A DNA stretch of 62,784 nucleotides, counting the filler, from Rhabdomonas costata (lineage: Eukaryota): assembly GCA_019059605.1 (NCBI GenBank). It is 45 parts of 45 records of this genome, joined end to end, with 100 filler letters (N's around TTAATTAATTAA, not from the genome) between each part and the next. Parts side by side here need not be neighbours in the genome. Positions count along the whole stretch, not along the records: positions 60,091 to 61,387 come from JAHMHO010020226.1; positions 61,488 to 62,784 come from JAHMHO010020227.1; 43 more parts are not named here. One strand, 5' to 3'. Shown piece by piece: positions 61,063-62,784 of the stretch (its first letter is position 1; each line of letters opens with the position of its first letter). A program made the position numbers and the translations under genes. The notes below the pieces were generated by a model. The model worked only from the letters and a program-made list of their open reading frames with translations, was not told the origin of the DNA and did not search any database.

Positions 61063-62001
61063 CTGTGCGATCATATGGGGACGGTTGCCCACATAGGTAT
61101 CAGTCGTAGTGAACAATCAAGCAACCGGAATACTACTGAGCTGGTGGGATGAACAGGAGGTGTCAGCGCCCCTCCGGAACAGGCATCGAAAGAGCCTCAC
61201 CCAAAGCGGTCCATGCAGCTGGCTTTCCATTGCCGTCTTGCCCACAAAAACGCACCAACACAGGCTCTCCCTACTCCGCGCTAGTTTGATCGATCCAAAT
61301 CACTTCCCAGGCACACACACACACACACACACCCTGATCTCGCCGTGCTGGCCAGCGACTCCGCGGAACTGCTCCTCCCCATTGAAGNNNNNNNNNNNNN
61401 NNNNNNNNNNNNNNNNNNNNNNNNNNNNNNNTTAATTAATTAANNNNNNNNNNNNNNNNNNNNNNNNNNNNNNNNNNNNNNNNNNNNGGTGTTTGTTGGT
61501 GCAAAATTGTCTTAGAGGTGAGAGGTGAGAGGTGTAAAGTTGACCTGGTTCCTCGTGTTCCATAGGGCTTGCTAGAACTTGCGGTGCGTTTTTTTTGGAG
61601 GGGGGCTCTAACAGTTGTTATTGTTTGTGGTGTCGGCTTAATGGATGTTAGACGGCTGTTAGACGGCGATGCACAGCGCAGAAAGCCGCAGTGGGGGGGA
61701 AGGAGGGGAGCCACTTCCAAGTGGTCGGGCCTCGGGGCTTGGAGTCTACATTCACAAAAACCCGCTTCATCCAGAGAGTAGCTGTCCCGGGATAGCAATC
61801 TGCCTCTTCTTTGCTTCTTCGTTTGCCCTGGTTGCTGTCAAATTATGCTCCCTGCATTTTTTGCTCCCTGTATTTGTTTTGCTGTGAAATTGGTTTTGAG
61901 AAAGTGCAAACTTTTCCTCGGTCCTTTTTTTCTGGTTCGTGGTTTCCTCATGAGCAGATTGTTTACTGTTGAGCCCAAAGTTGTCATTGTTGTCTCTTTA
62001 G

Positions 62002-62473
62002 AACCCCGATGACTTCACTTCGGAGACTGCACGGTCGATGCACACTGTGGCCGTACCTGATCTGCGGGGGTCCCCCGAGAGCTACTCTTACGACCCCCAA
62101 CTCCTGAAAGATGTGCTGCAGCAGATGACGCCCCGATACGTCCTGGTCTTTGTGCTCGTCAAGCAGGTCTGTGGGCAAGTTCGGGTATAAATATATGAGT
62201 ACTGCTTAACGTTAATATCCCGTCCCACCATAAGAGGTACAATAGCCCCGACGTTTGTACCCTACTGTTTGCCATTCTTGTGCCACCGGTTTTTTCCTCC
62301 CGCTCCCTCTCCCTTTTTTCGCCGCCACTGAGAGACCGGGTGTCACCGCGCACATGGAATGCCGAAGAGTGGTACGCCGTTCCAGAGCAAGTTGGGAGGT
62401 GGTCTCGGAAGTTGACTACACGCACATGGACACCGCGATGCGCATCATCCATGTCGGGAAGCGGGAAGTTTGA
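62002..62473 (+). CDS. Last two exons of a hypothetical protein (62002-62166, 62333-62473)
   Basis: Open high-GC3 exons with a phase-0 join ending ...MRIIHVGKREV*; only weak resemblance to methyltransferase C-termini. Confidence 0.45.
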
Positions 62474-62784
62474 GCACAGTAAAAAGGCCTTTTAACCCAT
62501 CGAGCGTCGTTCTAAGCCCGCCATCCGACAGTCGTGCACCAGTTCAAGACTGCCACAGAGCCAAGCACAGGAACTAGATGTACCGATCGCGTGGAATTTT
62601 ACACTCCCTCTCACTTTCTCGCATTCCCCAAAGCCCGACATTGCGCTGCCCCTGACGGAGCCCATCTACAGCACCCACTACCAGAGTGTGCCCCTACCCG
62701 TGGACCTTGCACTGGAGGGGGCCATCGCCGTCCCCTCCAGAGGCGAGGATGGTGAACCTACGCTGTCGTTCCCTCCCCACAACA

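Noticed and set aside
1299-61487. Regularly spaced TTAATTAATTAA as a CRISPR-like array or biological repeat
   Set aside because: It is embedded in N runs and is a six-frame-stop concatenation linker.
62333-62400. Insulinase-like EEWY motif
   Set aside because: That frame is not splice-phase compatible with the preceding exon.
1-62784. Gene neighbourhood or operon-like system (e.g. MCM10, DNA-PKcs, PIF1 together)
   Set aside because: The genes sit on separate contigs, so adjacency carries no information.

Overview
This window is not a contiguous locus. It is 45 unrelated short contigs (about 1.29-1.30 kb each) joined by an artificial 100-nt linker (44 N + TTAATTAATTAA + 44 N). Most contigs start with G/T-only and end with A/C-only stretches, which look like whole-genome-amplification primer remnants. 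The DNA comes from an intron-rich microbial eukaryote, so most listed ORFs are spurious and real genes appear as 1-3 short exons per contig. A euglenozoan, probably a euglenid, is my inference from gene content and is not proven. Recognisable gene fragments: MCM10, DNA-PKcs, PIF1 helicase, Piezo, bacterial-type aconitase B, 5'-nucleotidase, a class III nucleotidyl cyclase-like domain, and tandem RING, FHA, ET, LamG, kelch, filamin, ankyrin, disintegrin-like and Cys-rich domains. Degenerate CRE-like non-LTR retrotransposon pieces and dispersed intronic repeats are also present. The most unusual signal is two organelle-like contigs (20963-22261 and 32145-32950) sharing a family of TTAT-loop GC hairpin repeats. 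One carries a divergent cox1 3' end with an in-frame TAG at a conserved aromatic position and apparent compensating frameshifts (editing/recoding versus a decayed NUMT). The other has a 401-nt cassette flanked by perfect 125-bp inverted repeats. All family assignments rest on motif recognition by eye, not database searches.
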